Assembly (NCBI RefSeq): GCF_964204645.1
Contig: NC_134031.1
Location: 14,991,807 to 15,055,806 of the forward strand
Length of the DNA stretch: 64,000 bases
Direction: 5' to 3'
Source of the DNA: Tubulanus polymorphus
Taxonomy: Eukaryota > Animalia > Nemertea
This document shows, piece after piece, positions 1-13,000 of this stretch. The translations under genes were made by a program, and so were the position numbers. Below the pieces are notes generated by a model that saw only the letters and a program-made list of their open reading frames with translations, was not told the origin of the DNA and did no database searches. Within the stretch, counting starts at the first letter, position 1, and each line of letters starts with the position of its first letter.

Positions 1-268
1 CAAACTTCGGTTATCAGAGTTAGTCGAACTAAACAAAATCAAATGTCAGTTAGTCGGAACTTTGGTCCGTAAATGGTAGACCACAGGACTGCGGTCACTG
101 TAGTTCAGGCCTAGTTCCAAGATGGCTGACTCAGTGAGATGCATTACGACCGAACTAGAGTGCATTTGGTTATTAGCTCCAGCCACTATTCGTCAAGCTA
201 CAAAAAATCAAAGTTCACCCTGAATGGTGGAACTGGATCCAAAACTGTGGAACTGGGATTCAGAACTT

Positions 269-1056
269 GAAGAAAGCTGTATTGTGATTGGTTTATTTCT
301 ATGTTTAGGAAGGAAGCTGTATAGTGATTGGTTTATTTCTTTGTTTAGGCAGGAAGCTGTATTGTGATTGGTTTATGTCTACGTTTAGGAAGGAAGCTGT
401 ATTGTGATTGGTTTATTTCTATGTTTAGGAAGGAAGCTGTATCGTGATTGGTTTATTTCTATGTTTAGGAAGGAAGCTATATTGTAATTGGTTTATTTCT
501 ACGTTTAGGAAGGAAGCTGTATTGTGATTGGTTTATTTCTATGTTTAGGAAGGAAGCTATATCGTGATTGGTTTATTTCTACGTTTAGGAAGGAAGCTGT
601 ATTGTGATTGGTTTATTTCTATGTTTAGGAAGGAAGCTGTATTGTGATTGGTTTATTTCTATGTTTAGGCAGGAAGCTGTATTGTGATTGGTTTATTTCT
701 ATGTTTAGGAAGGAAGCTGTATTGTGATTGGTTTATTTCTATGTTTAGGAAGGAAGCTGTATTGTGATTGGTTTATTTCTATGTTTAGGAAGGAAGCTGT
801 ATTGTGATTGGTTTATTTCTATGTTTAGGAAGGAAGCTGTATTGTGATTGGTTTATGTCTACGTTTAGGAAGGAAGCTGTATTGTGATTAGTTCATTTCT
901 ATGTTTAGGCAGGAAGCTGTTTTGTGATTGGTTTATTTCTATGTTTAGGAAGGAAGCTGTATTGTGATTGGTTTATTTCTATGTTTAGGAAGGAAGCTGT
1001 ATTGTGATTGGTTTATTTCTATGTTTAGGAAGGAAGCTGTATTGTGATTGGTTTAT
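269..1056 (+). repeat. 40-bp minisatellite, about 20 copies (GAAGGAAGCTGTATTGTGATTGGTTTATTTCTATGTTTAG), built from an intron/exon junction of LPCAT3
   Basis: Exact 40-nt period (unit starts 309, 349 ... 1029), few substitutions; the last copy runs into coding sequence EGSCIVIGLSYNG. Confidence 0.97.
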
Positions 1057-2791
1057 CGTATAATGGTAAAGATGAGAATGGTAATGATCTATGGGATGGT
1101 TGCGCGAATATCAAAATCCGCAAATATGAATTATCGATTTCGTGCCATGATTCGATTGCCTCGTTCAATATCAATACGAATATATGGAGCGGCAAGTAAG
1201 TACATGCGACCTTCGTCTATATGCTTGCTGGGTTAAGATTTCAATAATGTTCTCGTTTGATTTCAGGTATATTTATAAGCGGTTAAAGTTTCTAGGAAAT
1301 CGTAAAATATCTCAGATGTTTACGTTGATGTACCTCGCGTTGTGGCATGGACTTCATTCCGGATATTTCATGTGCTTCATCTTCGAGTTTGTAGTCATCA
1401 AATTTGAAAAAGATGTAAGTATTACCTCCGAATACCTCCTTACCCAGAGGTTAAATACCTCCCTGCAGAGGTCAGATACTTCCCTACAGAGAGGTCAAAT
1501 ACATCCCAACAGAGAGATCAAATACTTCCCTACAGAGAGGTCAAATACTTCCCTACAGACGGGTCAAATACTTCTTTATACAGAGGTAAAATACTACAAA
1601 GAGGTCAAATACCTCCCTACAGAGAGAGCAGAAATCTCCCTACAGATAGATCAGATACATCCCTACATAGAGGTCAAATACTTTCCTACAGGTAGGTCAA
1701 ATACATCCCTACAGATAGGTCAAATACCCTCCTACAGAGAAGTCAAATTCTTACCCTGCTGAAAGGTCAAATACATCCCTACAGGAAGGTCAAATACTTC
1801 CCTATAGAGTGGTCAAATATTTCTATATATTGAGGTGAAATGCGAGTAGAGTTTTGCGTAATAGTTTATTTCAGTTTCCGCGTATGAATCAGATGTCTCT
1901 CTATTTCAGTTGATATATTTGTGTAACCGATGGAGTTTATTGTCGTCTATAGTGAACAATACGACTTTAAAACCATTGCTGATAATACTGAGAAAGATAT
2001 ACCACTTGAATACGATAGGATACGCAATAGTCAGCTTCAGTCTGCTCAAACATGCAAAATATGGCAAGGTAAATGATAAGCCACCAGGAGGGAAGGGGGG
2101 CATTTGCAAGGTTGAACTCTTCATAATTTCACTGAAGTTGATTTTCATCCTTTGTGTTTATTTTCCAGGTCTATGCATCTATTTATTATTGGGGTCACTT
2201 GTGGTTTTTTGTCATTTGGCCGTTGCTGTTTATTGCCATTACAAAACTTTTACCGAAGAAACACAAAGAAGAAAAGTGAGTTAATTTCCTAGATGTAGAC
2301 TTCCTCGTTTCCTAGATATCAGGACTACGTTTCCTAAAAATCGGCGCCCGATTCTGCATGTTCAGCTGAGGAAATATATTAACTTCCGATTTGTAAACTC
2401 TGAATTCAGCAGACAACGGTTGAACTGGGTCGAGAGTTAGATAAATGGTCACTTCATTTTCAATTACATTTACAACTCATTGAGTCAAATCAGAACCCAC
2501 TTCAGTAGTTCTCAGTCAGAACCCGGAATCGTGTAGCACCAGGGGAGGGGGCTGTAGAATGAACCGGATCCTGTAGCCCCTGGGGGAGGGGGCTGTAGAA
2601 CGAACAGGATCCTGTAGCCCCAGGGGGAGGGGGCTGTTGAATCGGGTCCTGTAGCCTCAGGGGAAGAGGGCTCTTGAACCGGGTCTTGTAGCCTCAGGGG
2701 AAGAGGGCTGTAGATGGGGAGGTGATTAATCTCTTGATCAATGAAATTTTTCACTTCAATTTATTTCAGGCCGATCGAAAAAACCGAGTAA
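1029..2791 (+). CDS. LPCAT3: Lysophospholipid acyltransferase 5 / LPCAT3 (MBOAT family), last five coding exons; 5' part lies outside the window
   Basis: Exons 1029-1195, 1267-1414, 1910-2068, 2169-2275, 2770-2791 (GT-AG, phases consistent). Translation EGSCIVIGLSYNG..WDGCANIK..SFNINTNIWSGKYIYKRLKFLGN..LALWHGLHSGYF carries the MBOAT Asn and His motifs typical of LPCAT3. Confidence 0.9.
1430..1830 (+). repeat. ~22-bp minisatellite (AGGTCAAATACTTCCCTACAGA) in an LPCAT3 intron
   Basis: Repeated ggtcaaatac/ccctacagag motif; explains the repetitive tail of ORF 1184..1762. Confidence 0.9.
2518..2715 (+). repeat. ~36-40-bp tandem repeat (GGATCCTGTAGCCCCAGGGGAGGGGGCTGTAGAA), about 5 copies
   Basis: Directly visible periodicity in the last LPCAT3 intron. 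Confidence 0.85.
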
Positions 2792-3359
2792 AATATTCCT
2801 CGCACACGGATGCGTCGCTTTGGGAACAGCTGAATATAATCATCATTGTTACGATCAAAAATCGATGACGGAAAAATAACGAAATAATTCATCAAACACT
2901 AAGAGCCCCGCCCAGTTTTTGTCCATTATTTAGGCCTCTACCCGGTACGGATTAGATTTTATTTTTGCTATACATGTATTAGATGTATTTTGAATACTAG
3001 TTTACGGATGAAACTGAGAGCAATTGAATGTACGGATCGAAGATTACGGTTTATGTGATTGATTTTTACCCATGATTCATGACGGCGTTTTACTCTTTGA
3101 AAGGCTGCAGATTGATGGTGTTACTTGCAACAACATGGGAGTAAAATTGCGATATCTTTGTATTAAATATTATAGAAATATGTTTCAAAAACACTATTAT
3201 TTCAACGATGATACCGTACAAATATATATCGTACCTGGTCAAGTGTCAGTTCTACTGATGCCGAATCCAGTTCAATATTTCTTGACTCTGAAGTCTAAAC
3301 TTCAAAAGTGAAATTATTATAACTCTTTTGAGTCGAACTAAACCACGAATTGTTGAACC

Positions 3360-4022
3360 GGGTCTAGCAGCCAGGTCTAGCAGCCCAGTACATCAGGTAG
3401 GTCTAATAGCCCAGAACATCAGACAGGTCTAGTAGCCCAGTCCAGCAGGCAGTAGCCTGGTCCATCAGGCAGGTCTAGCAGCCAAGTCCATCAGGTAGGT
3501 CTAGCAGCCAAGTCCATCAGGCAGGTCTAGTAACCCGACCCATCAGGCAGGTCTAGTAGCCCAGTCCATCAGACAGGTCTAATAGCCTGGTCCATCAGGC
3601 AGGTCGAGCAGCCAAGTCCATGAGGCAGGTCTAGTAACCCAATCTAGTAGCCTGGTCCATCAGGCAGATCTAGTAGCCCGATCCAGCAGGCAGTAGCAAG
3701 GTCTAGTAGCCTGGTCCATCAGGCAGTTCAAGTGGCCCGATCTAGTAGCCTGGTCCATCAGGCAGGTCTAGTTACCCGATCCATCAGGCAGATCTAGTAG
3801 CCCTATCCAGCAGGCAGTAGCAAGGTCTAGTATCCCGGAATATCCAGCAGGTCTAGTAGCCCGGTCCATCAGACAGGGATAGTAGCCTGGTCCATCAGGC
3901 AGGTCTAGTAGCCTGGTCCATCAGGCAGGTCTAGTAACCCGATCCATCAGACAGGTCTAGTCACACGGTCCATCAGGCAGGTTTAGTAGCCCTGTCCAGC
4001 AGGCAGTAGCCAGGTCTAGCAG
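3360..4022 (+). repeat. ~26-bp minisatellite (GGTCTAGTAGCCTGGTCCATCAGGCA)
   Basis: More than 20 degenerate copies downstream of the LPCAT3 stop codon. Confidence 0.92.
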
Positions 4023-4619
4023 CATCACCTGCAGCAATCTATGAAAAAACTTATATGTGTTTAATTAGGTATATTTTCATATAAATAAAATGTCATTTTC
4101 AACAAAGTTGAAAAAATATTTGCACGCGATGAAGTTCTACAGAAACAGAAAACCGTGTAATAGTGTTTATATTTTTAGATCGATTATAGTGTAACATTCC
4201 CTGTATCGGTACCGTTGGGTATTAGTAGGTGTCGCCACTGCATGTGGTACAAAGTTACGCGGTCATCACTAGGGAGAGAAATATTTTTTTCCATTTTACC
4301 AGTTAATGTTGTTTAAGATTTTTCGATTTGGAGAAAATTCTCTTAACACATCGAATCAATATATTTAATTGAATCATTTACTTGTTAATTTGTGAAATTA
4401 CTTTTTGATAGTTTGAATTGTTTTTTGTGGTTAAGATTTAAAGTAGTTTAAAAGACATTTTTGTGACTTTTCAAACCCGGCTTACGCAGTTTATTTCGAT
4501 TTCAACGACTCTTGTAATAAAACATGATATAACACATTCACACTATTAGATCGAACCAGAATGGTTGATCTTGTAGGCAGTGATAAAACTAGTTATTTTT
4601 CAAAAGGGATAGATAATAA

Positions 4620-4810
4620 GCCATTTCCACAGTTCTGAATCCAGTTCCGCCGTTCTGGATCCAGTTCCACAACTCCGGACACAGTTCTGGATCAAGTTTC
4701 AGTTCTGGACCCAGTTCCATATTTCTGGACCCAGTTCCACAGTTCCGGACCCAGTTACGCGGTTCTGGACCCAGTTACGCGGTTCTGGACCCAGTTCCGC
4801 AGTTGTGGCT
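4620..4810 (+). repeat. 20-bp satellite (CCAGTTCCACAGTTCTGGAC family)
   Basis: Same monomer as the arrays at 13370-13990 and 17245-17520. Confidence 0.85.
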
Positions 4811-5988
4811 AAAATTTGACTCGAATTGAAACATCAGAAATGAGTCGTATTAGAACCAACAATTGCGGAACTGTGGATTTATCATGTTGATAAACTCATG
4901 CACCTTGTCAAGAAGAGAGATCGAATGTAACATGACAAACAGTAGTCAATCGACCTGTTCAAAATAAGCCGTTGACTGGTTAAACTAGGTGAAGGGATTT
5001 TAGTTGATATTTTAATAGCCAGCGATTGAATTTGAGCTATAACTGAGGCCTGTAATTTATGTAGTAAGTTATTTGATGTACTTATTTGATAATTTCCTCC
5101 TTTTCTTTAGATTAAATCTCCTTCAATTATTCTTTCCAAGTTTTATACCGATTACTATTAATCATTGCTTCCTATTTACTTAATGCCTCTGTAACTCTGT
5201 GCTTTAGTCTTACCAAGGGTCGAGTTTTTCAAAGCTATAGAATTAGATTCGGTCTCTCACTACCTCCAGTTGGTGTCAAATACTGACTAAGAGTTTGTGA
5301 AATACAGAAGACTCGGTCTCTTACTACGGTAAAGTTGAAACTGGTAAAAGTTTATCCCGATTTGGGGTCAAATACTGAGTTAGATTTTGTGAAATACAGT
5401 AGACTCAGTCTCTTACTGCAGTGAAGTTGAAACTGATAAAAATCTACCCTGAGTTGGTGTCAAATACTGAGTAGTGAAATACAGAAGTTTCGTTCCGTAG
5501 TTAGAGAAATATTCTATATTGTGAGACGTCTATTCGTATTTGCTAGAAGTTCAAAAACTCTTGACCCGTAATCTGTAATCCTGAAACCTGCTGATTTAGA
5601 TACTAGTTAGATTTTAGTCTCGAGTTTTCTTCCTATTTTTCTGTTATCACGAATTTATGTAAATCATCCGTACGATTGATTTGTATGCAATTTTTCTAAA
5701 TGTGTGCGACGATATATGAAAAAATATGATTTATATTGTGTTCAAAATATTCTTTAGTCGTGAAGATTTCGTAAGCTGCTAATTTTACAAAAATCACCAT
5801 AAAAATTCTAAGTCAAAACTGTGTTAGAAATATAGTACATAACTTGTAATTTAAGTGCATGTAATTTCTGAGTTCTAGGATCGTCTGGTATTTACATCGC
5901 TGCATCCAGTTCCACAGTTATCAGTGCGATTTGACTCCCTTAAAGTTGGTTAATTAGTTGAATTAGTTTATTTCAAATATTTTCACCT

Positions 5989-6563
5989 CAGGCCTACAAA
6001 GAAATACCCTTAGTTTGTAAAGAAAGTCAAATGCTGCCCACATCATGAAAAATGCCCCTAATAAAAATTGAAAAGACAAATGCGCTCGCCCGCATCGGCA
6101 AAGCATCAATCATCTTTTTTTTAAAATAGAAATTAAAACCCGCTCGCCTGCATAGCTGTAAAGTGTACAACAATGGTATTTTTTCTGCGGGCGTTTATAT
6201 GTTCATCCTCGATGTACCGGTAATATCCACATTTACTGTGACAAAAACAGCGCCAGGTTCGTTTCCTTTTACATCATTTCGAGGTGTGAAACTAGCGAAA
6301 ATGAATGTCTCAGTTTCGATTAAATGAGTCGATATAGTTTGATTTCATAGGGAGCTTCTTAATTCTAAATTAAGTTTTTTGCATATGTTCAACTCGCATT
6401 ACTGGCATTTGTTAAACTTCCCACCTGTGTCTGTTCTATTAGTCTCAAGTTGAGCTTTTGATTTCAACTTTTTATCTAAAAAAAGCAGTAAAAATAAAAT
6501 TCGCCCGCCCTTGTCACTTTCCAGAAAAAAATCTGATGAGAAACTATAGGGTATTTCTTTGTG
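5989..6563. mobile_element. Non-autonomous TIR element (MITE), possibly Harbinger-like
   Basis: ACAAAGAAATACCCT near 5996 and its reverse complement AGGGTATTTCTTTGT near 6547; no ORF inside. Confidence 0.6.
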
Positions 6564-6616
6564 AGTTATGTTTTAACCGAGAATTGTGGAATTGGTTCAA
6601 GGAATATTGGATGATT

Positions 6617-6864
6617 CAGGCATAAAAGAAAAATCCATACCTTGATTCTCCTTTCTGCTGAGCTTAATGGGGAACCGTAGTAGAACATATTCAATATGTA
6701 CATGCGTTTGAAACCTTTATAAATACTTTTTCACGAGAGCAGAAAAACATTCTTTTTTGTCCGATACTTTTCCAAAAAAGAGGGTTTTGTTGGTTATACG
6801 GTTTTGCGATTTATAAAATGGCCCAGCCGATTAGGAGAAACAAGGTATGATTTTTTTTAGCCTT
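6617..6864. mobile_element. MITE with imperfect terminal inverted repeats
   Basis: AGGC..AAAAATCCATACCTTGATTCTCC at the left end, GGAGAAACAAGGTATGATTTTTTTTAGCCT at the right end. Confidence 0.55.
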
Positions 6865-7189
6865 ACATGAATTGCTGTGGATCAAAGAAGGTGTCACCTC
6901 CTTCACAGGGGAGGGAGGTTTCTACTAGTCACCTCCGTGACCTCCCTGAATAAGAAGAGTAAAAGACAAATATTTAAAATGACTGTGACCATCATGTTTT
7001 CACTAATTATATATATATTTCCTACTACCACTAGAAAAACTTATAGATTTTGTACAAAAACTAAACCCTGGTCGCTTCATATAGATTCAATATCCCGATA
7101 TGCATATCAAATGTCAATATTTAATTGGTATTTTATTCAATAAAATTGTGATTTTCAAAGGAAACGGTGATTTCTTTTATTTGCTTCCG

Positions 7190-8650
7190 AGTCTGACTCA
7201 TGATGGACAGTGGTCGTTTCAACTTAGGACTTGAGCAAGACCTCGAGGGAGAGGAACTGCAAAAACAAGTTGCAGAAGATCTCAGGAAAACGGCATTCAT
7301 TTATTACGTACACATCCCGGGTACGCATTAGGGGAGGGGTCAGTGCAATTGCGTACTGTTATGCTTAATGTATATGAAAAAATGGCCGATTTTGCGTACA
7401 GAGGGGGGGGGGTTGAAAAATTCAAATTTTATGCGTGCAATAAATGAATGATCCCCAAGTAGGTATAAGGTAAAGGTAAACGCCGGAAAATAAGACGGCG
7501 CTGGGTAACTGAGGAATTGCTCAAGAAATGTGAAAACTGCAGAAGCCTGAAGTCGACCCGCTTTGTTCGCAAGCTGATGCCGAAATTTTACCGCAAATCA
7601 AACCACCACGAGGTCAAAGCCAGTGGCGGAACATAAATCTCTAACAGGGCCCCCTCCCCGACACAGCCCTAGATCCGCCCCTAAAAAGTTGAAGTAAACA
7701 AGCTACGATTAAGTATAAGGAAAGACATAGGTAATGTCTCCCGATAAAATATATAATTGTCCTCCGATAAAATCTACAACATAGCTCACAAAGACAAACT
7801 CGCCAAAGCTTATCGAAGCGGAGGATGAGATATTTCAACCAGACCGCGGCTGATATCACAACTCTTCGGTCGGAGTACTGTCGTGAGTTGTACAATTACC
7901 AAACGTCGGCAGATGCACAGATACTAGAGGACCTGGAGTCAAAAACATAAGATGAGATGGAATATGCAATTTGCATATTCCATCTCATCTCAATTTGCAA
8001 TCTGGCAAGTCTCCAAGTCTGGCAAGGCAGATTGGGTTTTAATCTTATAATACCAGCTAGCCGAAATACCACAGGCTGAAGGTGATTCCATACCAAAGGT
8101 CTATCTATACGATTACGTAACAGTATATTCTGAACTGGGCAAGAGACGAAAAGACTATAGTGACAACATCAATCGTGAGTTCCTTATCCAAGAAGGGATT
8201 CTTCGAAAATGCCAAAACTATCGCACCCACAGGGACTTGACACAAAAGTAGGATTTTGACCCCAGTATCCTAGGTACTATATAAAAAGACTTTGTATATC
8301 TAGTACCTAGGATACTGGGGTCAAATCCTACTTTTGTGTCAAGTTCCTGTGATCGCACCATCAGTGTCATTAGCCACATGAGTAAGATGGTCCACCACTG
8401 GCCCTCTCACACCAGAAGGCGCAGATGAAAAGATCACATAGGACTAGTGGAAATTTCCTCAGCCTTGTGAAAAGGAGGCCGAGGTGGTCCGCTCCAACGG
8501 AACACTGGAAACACCATACAAGCATTGCCTGAAGCCAGGGAACCTCAAGAAAGGACAACGACACCGCTCCTACTGGACAGCCAGACCTGCGAACTGGCAC
8601 GCTACACGCTTTGCGGAGAACCACAGTGGAGGCTGCTTGTGGAAGATGTT
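7190..8650 (+). mobile_element. Decayed, internally deleted RTE-like LINE remnant interrupted by MITEs
   Basis: Removing the 8228-8351 insert and one TSD copy restores KKG..KCQNYRTISVISHMSK, the start of a non-LTR reverse transcriptase; many stops and frameshifts. Boundaries approximate. Confidence 0.65.
8228..8351. mobile_element. Palindromic MITE (CACAG..CTGTG) with 8-bp TSD ATCGCACC; hAT or P superfamily
   Basis: Long TIR CACAGGGACTTGACACAAAAGTAGGATTTTGACCCCAGTATCCTAG; ATCGCACC at 8220-8227 and 8352-8359; truncated second copy at about 25498-25651. Confidence 0.85.
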
Positions 8651-10039
8651 TGAGAATAAACTCGTTTTAACGTTTTCTACTATAAACTCGTCGAAACGAG
8701 AATTTAGGCGATGCCATTAGGTTCGAATCCCTGCCGAGGGAGGATGCATCTAAGGGGTCATTTTTTCTCTCAAGCATCGACATAACCGCATCTTCTTCAG
8801 TCGAGATCGATATTTTGATTGCGCAATAGGAGAATTGTTTCAATCACCAAATCCATCAACGCTAATGCTTTGTTTAATGAAATAATTCAATTTAAACTCT
8901 GAAGCCTGTTTTAATTAGAAATGATTTTTTTCAATTTATTTCATAATTTGTATCTTCCAAGAAAGAAATCAGATTAAACTAAAAACTACTCGGAATTTAT
9001 TCATCCAAATTCATCAAATATAACTACAAACTATGTAATGATAATAAATCTTTCACCAATAATTCAATAATTGACGTTCAATAAAAGTTTACATGAATAA
9101 ATAAAATTACATTTACAAAATTACATTATATGTAAATTACTAAGATAACCAGGATACTGACATTTACTCTTGATAATATGACTCCCCACCTCCAACAGCT
9201 CCCACCCACCTCCAACAGCTCCCTCCCACCTCCAACAGCTCCCACCCACCACCTACAGCCCCACCCACCCTCCAGCACCCCCATCCCCCTACAGCCAACA
9301 TGAAACAGTTACTGTAGGTTCATTTTGATTTGTGAAACCTGTGCCTCTAGATATGATTGTGATTATTTTTTTCTCCTATATGAGATTGTTTGTAGGCCTA
9401 TCTTAATTTCTAGGAGATTTCAACAACATTGTGACAAAAATGAAACCATCGTTTTAGCCTAGGACAATGCGAACAGTACATAGACAGAAAGGAGAGAGAA
9501 GGGAGAAACAAGAAAGAACACAGATCACATTTTGACATTCTGTAAAAAGAGGCCCCTTATAAAGAACATAAGCATACAAAATTGGGTTAAAGATCAAGAC
9601 CACCTCTGATCCCCTTCCCTCAACACATCCCCGCACAGATGTTAGCAGGATGAAATGGGCTTCCCCCTCTCCCCCTCGGCTTATGATTGCGTATGTACTT
9701 TATGAACAGGTCCAAACACCGCGGGGAAAACCTGTAGAGTTTGAGCAACTGAACCTCTCGGACCCTGAGACCAGTTTCGCAGTCAACACTTAAATGAGAA
9801 CAATCAAACTAGGATCGAATTTAGAACCAGGCTTAGATCGAATTCCATTTTTACGTCTACTAGGATTCATCGACTGCTGTGAATTCTAACAACTAAACCT
9901 TGCACCGGGTAAAAATTCAATCTTAATTCGTAGTCACCGACTACAGACGGCGCTATAATTCTTCATTGAATTGCTAGAGGGCGCTGTTGAGCTATAGTTC
10001 TGTTATATAGCACCGCTGACCGTGTTAAACCTGTGAAAG

Positions 10040-13000
10040 TCAACTGGAATGTTTCTGTTTCTCGACGACCCTCGATTTCGGTTTCGTCCACGCCGATTCC
10101 GGTAGATCTTGTAATCGCATCACTCGATTCCACGCCCATCGTAACCATAGACACCCGATTATAACGCATACGATCGATTCGATGTAATATCCATCGACGT
10201 CGGTCGAACATTTCCCTCCGGACGTTTCACAATTCTGCGAATAAATATAATCATCGAATATTGAATCGCGGTCCCGACAGATCAGTCATACAGAATTCAA
10301 GGATAAAATTTCAAATTTCGAGTAGTGTATGTATCAGTTTCATATCCCAATTGCTGTCGACTCCTCCTAAATCGGTTCTGTTTACCTCAGTAAACTGTTA
10401 ATTCAGTTAGTTTGTAATTAAATATAATCCTTTACACTAACTAAACTCAGTTTCTAATCCAGTAACCGCCTAAACCATTGAATTCAGCGGAATCTGTTTG
10501 TATAAGGCTTATATGACTACTAACTAGGCCTAAAACCTAAATATTTTCAAATTGCCAATTTCTCAAAACTCAAGTAGTTTTCTCTCAAGGATTTAAGGGC
10601 ATTTTGCTCAGCTTCAAGGATTCAAGGAGCTTGAAAAACATTTTTGGTTTAGAAGGAGTTTTCGAAGAATCAAGGAGTCATAGGGACCCTGAGAATATAT
10701 TCATTGAATACTTCAGAACGAGAATCATGAAAATCAGGGAAATAAGACTGTTTTTCCAAATAAATTCATGTTGACTCGAGATTGGTTTAAACCCCCACAC
10801 CCCGAGTTGACCGGGGGTAAGCGCAGAGTCTACCATGATGTTGTTATGAAATACTTACTTTCACTTGTTCAGGATTACTACAAGTTCCGCCCTCTGGTCC
10901 CAGACACGATTTCCAAGTTAAGGCGTCTACGAACCACAGAACTATCGACACCGGCCAATTACCCCCTAGAAATACAAATACACATCGGTATATAACTACA
11001 CCGACATTCCACCCTAGATCCGCCGTGGAAACACACCTACCTAGATTACTGACAGTATTCAGCATTGTCATATACGTTCCGCCGATAGCGGGATCACTGA
11101 TCCTAGCGCTAAACGACATACTCGATACGAACATACAATACAACGCCACCTAGCGAGAGAAAAATAAACTAATACATCAACCGGTCGCTGCGGTGAATAT
11201 GAAACCGTACAGTGAGATGAGAGGCACCCCTGTCAGCACCCCCGGGGGGATGGACCAGTTTTTTAATGATTACCTGGTGCAAAGCGTAAACGAATATCAA
11301 CAATCCGTAGTAGAACATCGGATAATCACCGTTTAGTAACCGCGTAAACGGCGTCACCCAAACAACACCCGCAAATATTAAACCTAGAAATAATCTGTAA
11401 AAACAAAAACAACCGATTAGATATTTTACTGACTCTCTTCACTAACTACGCATCACTGAAATTATCACTCGATTAGAATTTTACTCAAAGAGTTAAACAA
11501 CTCGAAATTTTAAATCCATAGTCAAACTTAACCCTTTCAGTGCGTCTACATCGCAGTGCGGTGTACAAATCAGTGATAGATTTTGCTAGTACACCGCACT
11601 GCGGTGTATTGATGTAGTTAGTAATTATCTCTCTTGAAAAATGGCAGCACCTGTCAAACATAGTGAAATACTAGTAACTAACGATACACCGCGCCGCGGT
11701 GTAGATGCCCTATAGTGGTATTACCGTTATTCAACACACTAAGGTGGAATTTTTAAAAATTTTCAAATTATCTCCAGCACTATAGGGTATTAATTGGTCA
11801 GCACTGAAAGTGTTAACCAGGAACTTTAGAACTGGAATCTCTTGAATCACGATAAAAGTTGATATTTTTTGTTTACGCATTTGAATCGATAACACGAGAA
11901 AACAAATCGTACTTAAGGATCCAGTTCCACAGTTTGTGAATTAGGGTTAACTCTGAGTTAAGATTAGTTCATTTTCAATGTTTTAACTCAAATCTTAACT
12001 CACGACTGTGGAACTGGGCCTAAAGTAGGTTAACTAGTTTATAAGACGCACGAGCTTTCACTACTACTATTGTATATAGTGGAACCTCGTTACAGCGAAC
12101 TTCATGGGACCAGAAAAAATGTTTGTTATAACCGATAGTTCATTGTATCCAATCCAGTATGAAATTAATTAAATCGTCTTAATTCCGATGAATCGTTGTA
12201 TCTGAGTTCATTTTAACGAGGTTCAACTGTAGTAGCTCCTTCAGTGAGTGAGTCACTCACTCTGAATTTAAGAACTGTAATGTGCACGGTACCTGTATAT
12301 ATAAGATTTTAGGTAAATGCTCATCGGTTTCGGACCCGCTGTGTATTTACTGATTATCACTGGTAACAGTATCTGTATCGGAACCATCGGCACAGCTAGC
12401 ATCGCCAGCTTCTCTTTAGGAACTCCGGCTTCTATCAGCTTTAAACCGGTTACCGCATCAGCCGCCGCGAAACCCATCTGTCAACGCAGAAAGGAAATCC
12501 TCATCAAGAACTGATATAATACGTCGTCATTATCGTCAGATTTTAGCAATCGATGGCAAATTGTCTGATTTCAGAAGATACCGTAGTTTGACTTCGTGTA
12601 CATCGTTACTGAGTGAAGAATACAGTGAAGGTGAAGCAGGGTTTCCAGTGGTAAGGCCAGGGTAAAAAGAAGTACTAAGGACCTTTTCTGCAATTTTAGA
12701 CCCAAAAAGGAAAGAAAGTACTAGGAAAGAAGTACTTTCCAGTAAAATGAGGGCCCATAAGGGAGCATTTTCGCAATACCTTTGCCGGAATACTAGTCAT
12801 GTAGACCAGTCATATATTCCAGTGTAATTCCTTGAGACTTTCCAGCATATTCAATCTTACTGACAATTGAATTACCAGGCTTTACTAATAAAATACTTCA
12901 ACAGTCGAATTCACGACAAAATACATAAAAATTTGGAAGGACTTTATATCAAAAGGAAGCACTTGGAATCAAAAAGAAGGACAAAGATGATGTTTGTCCA

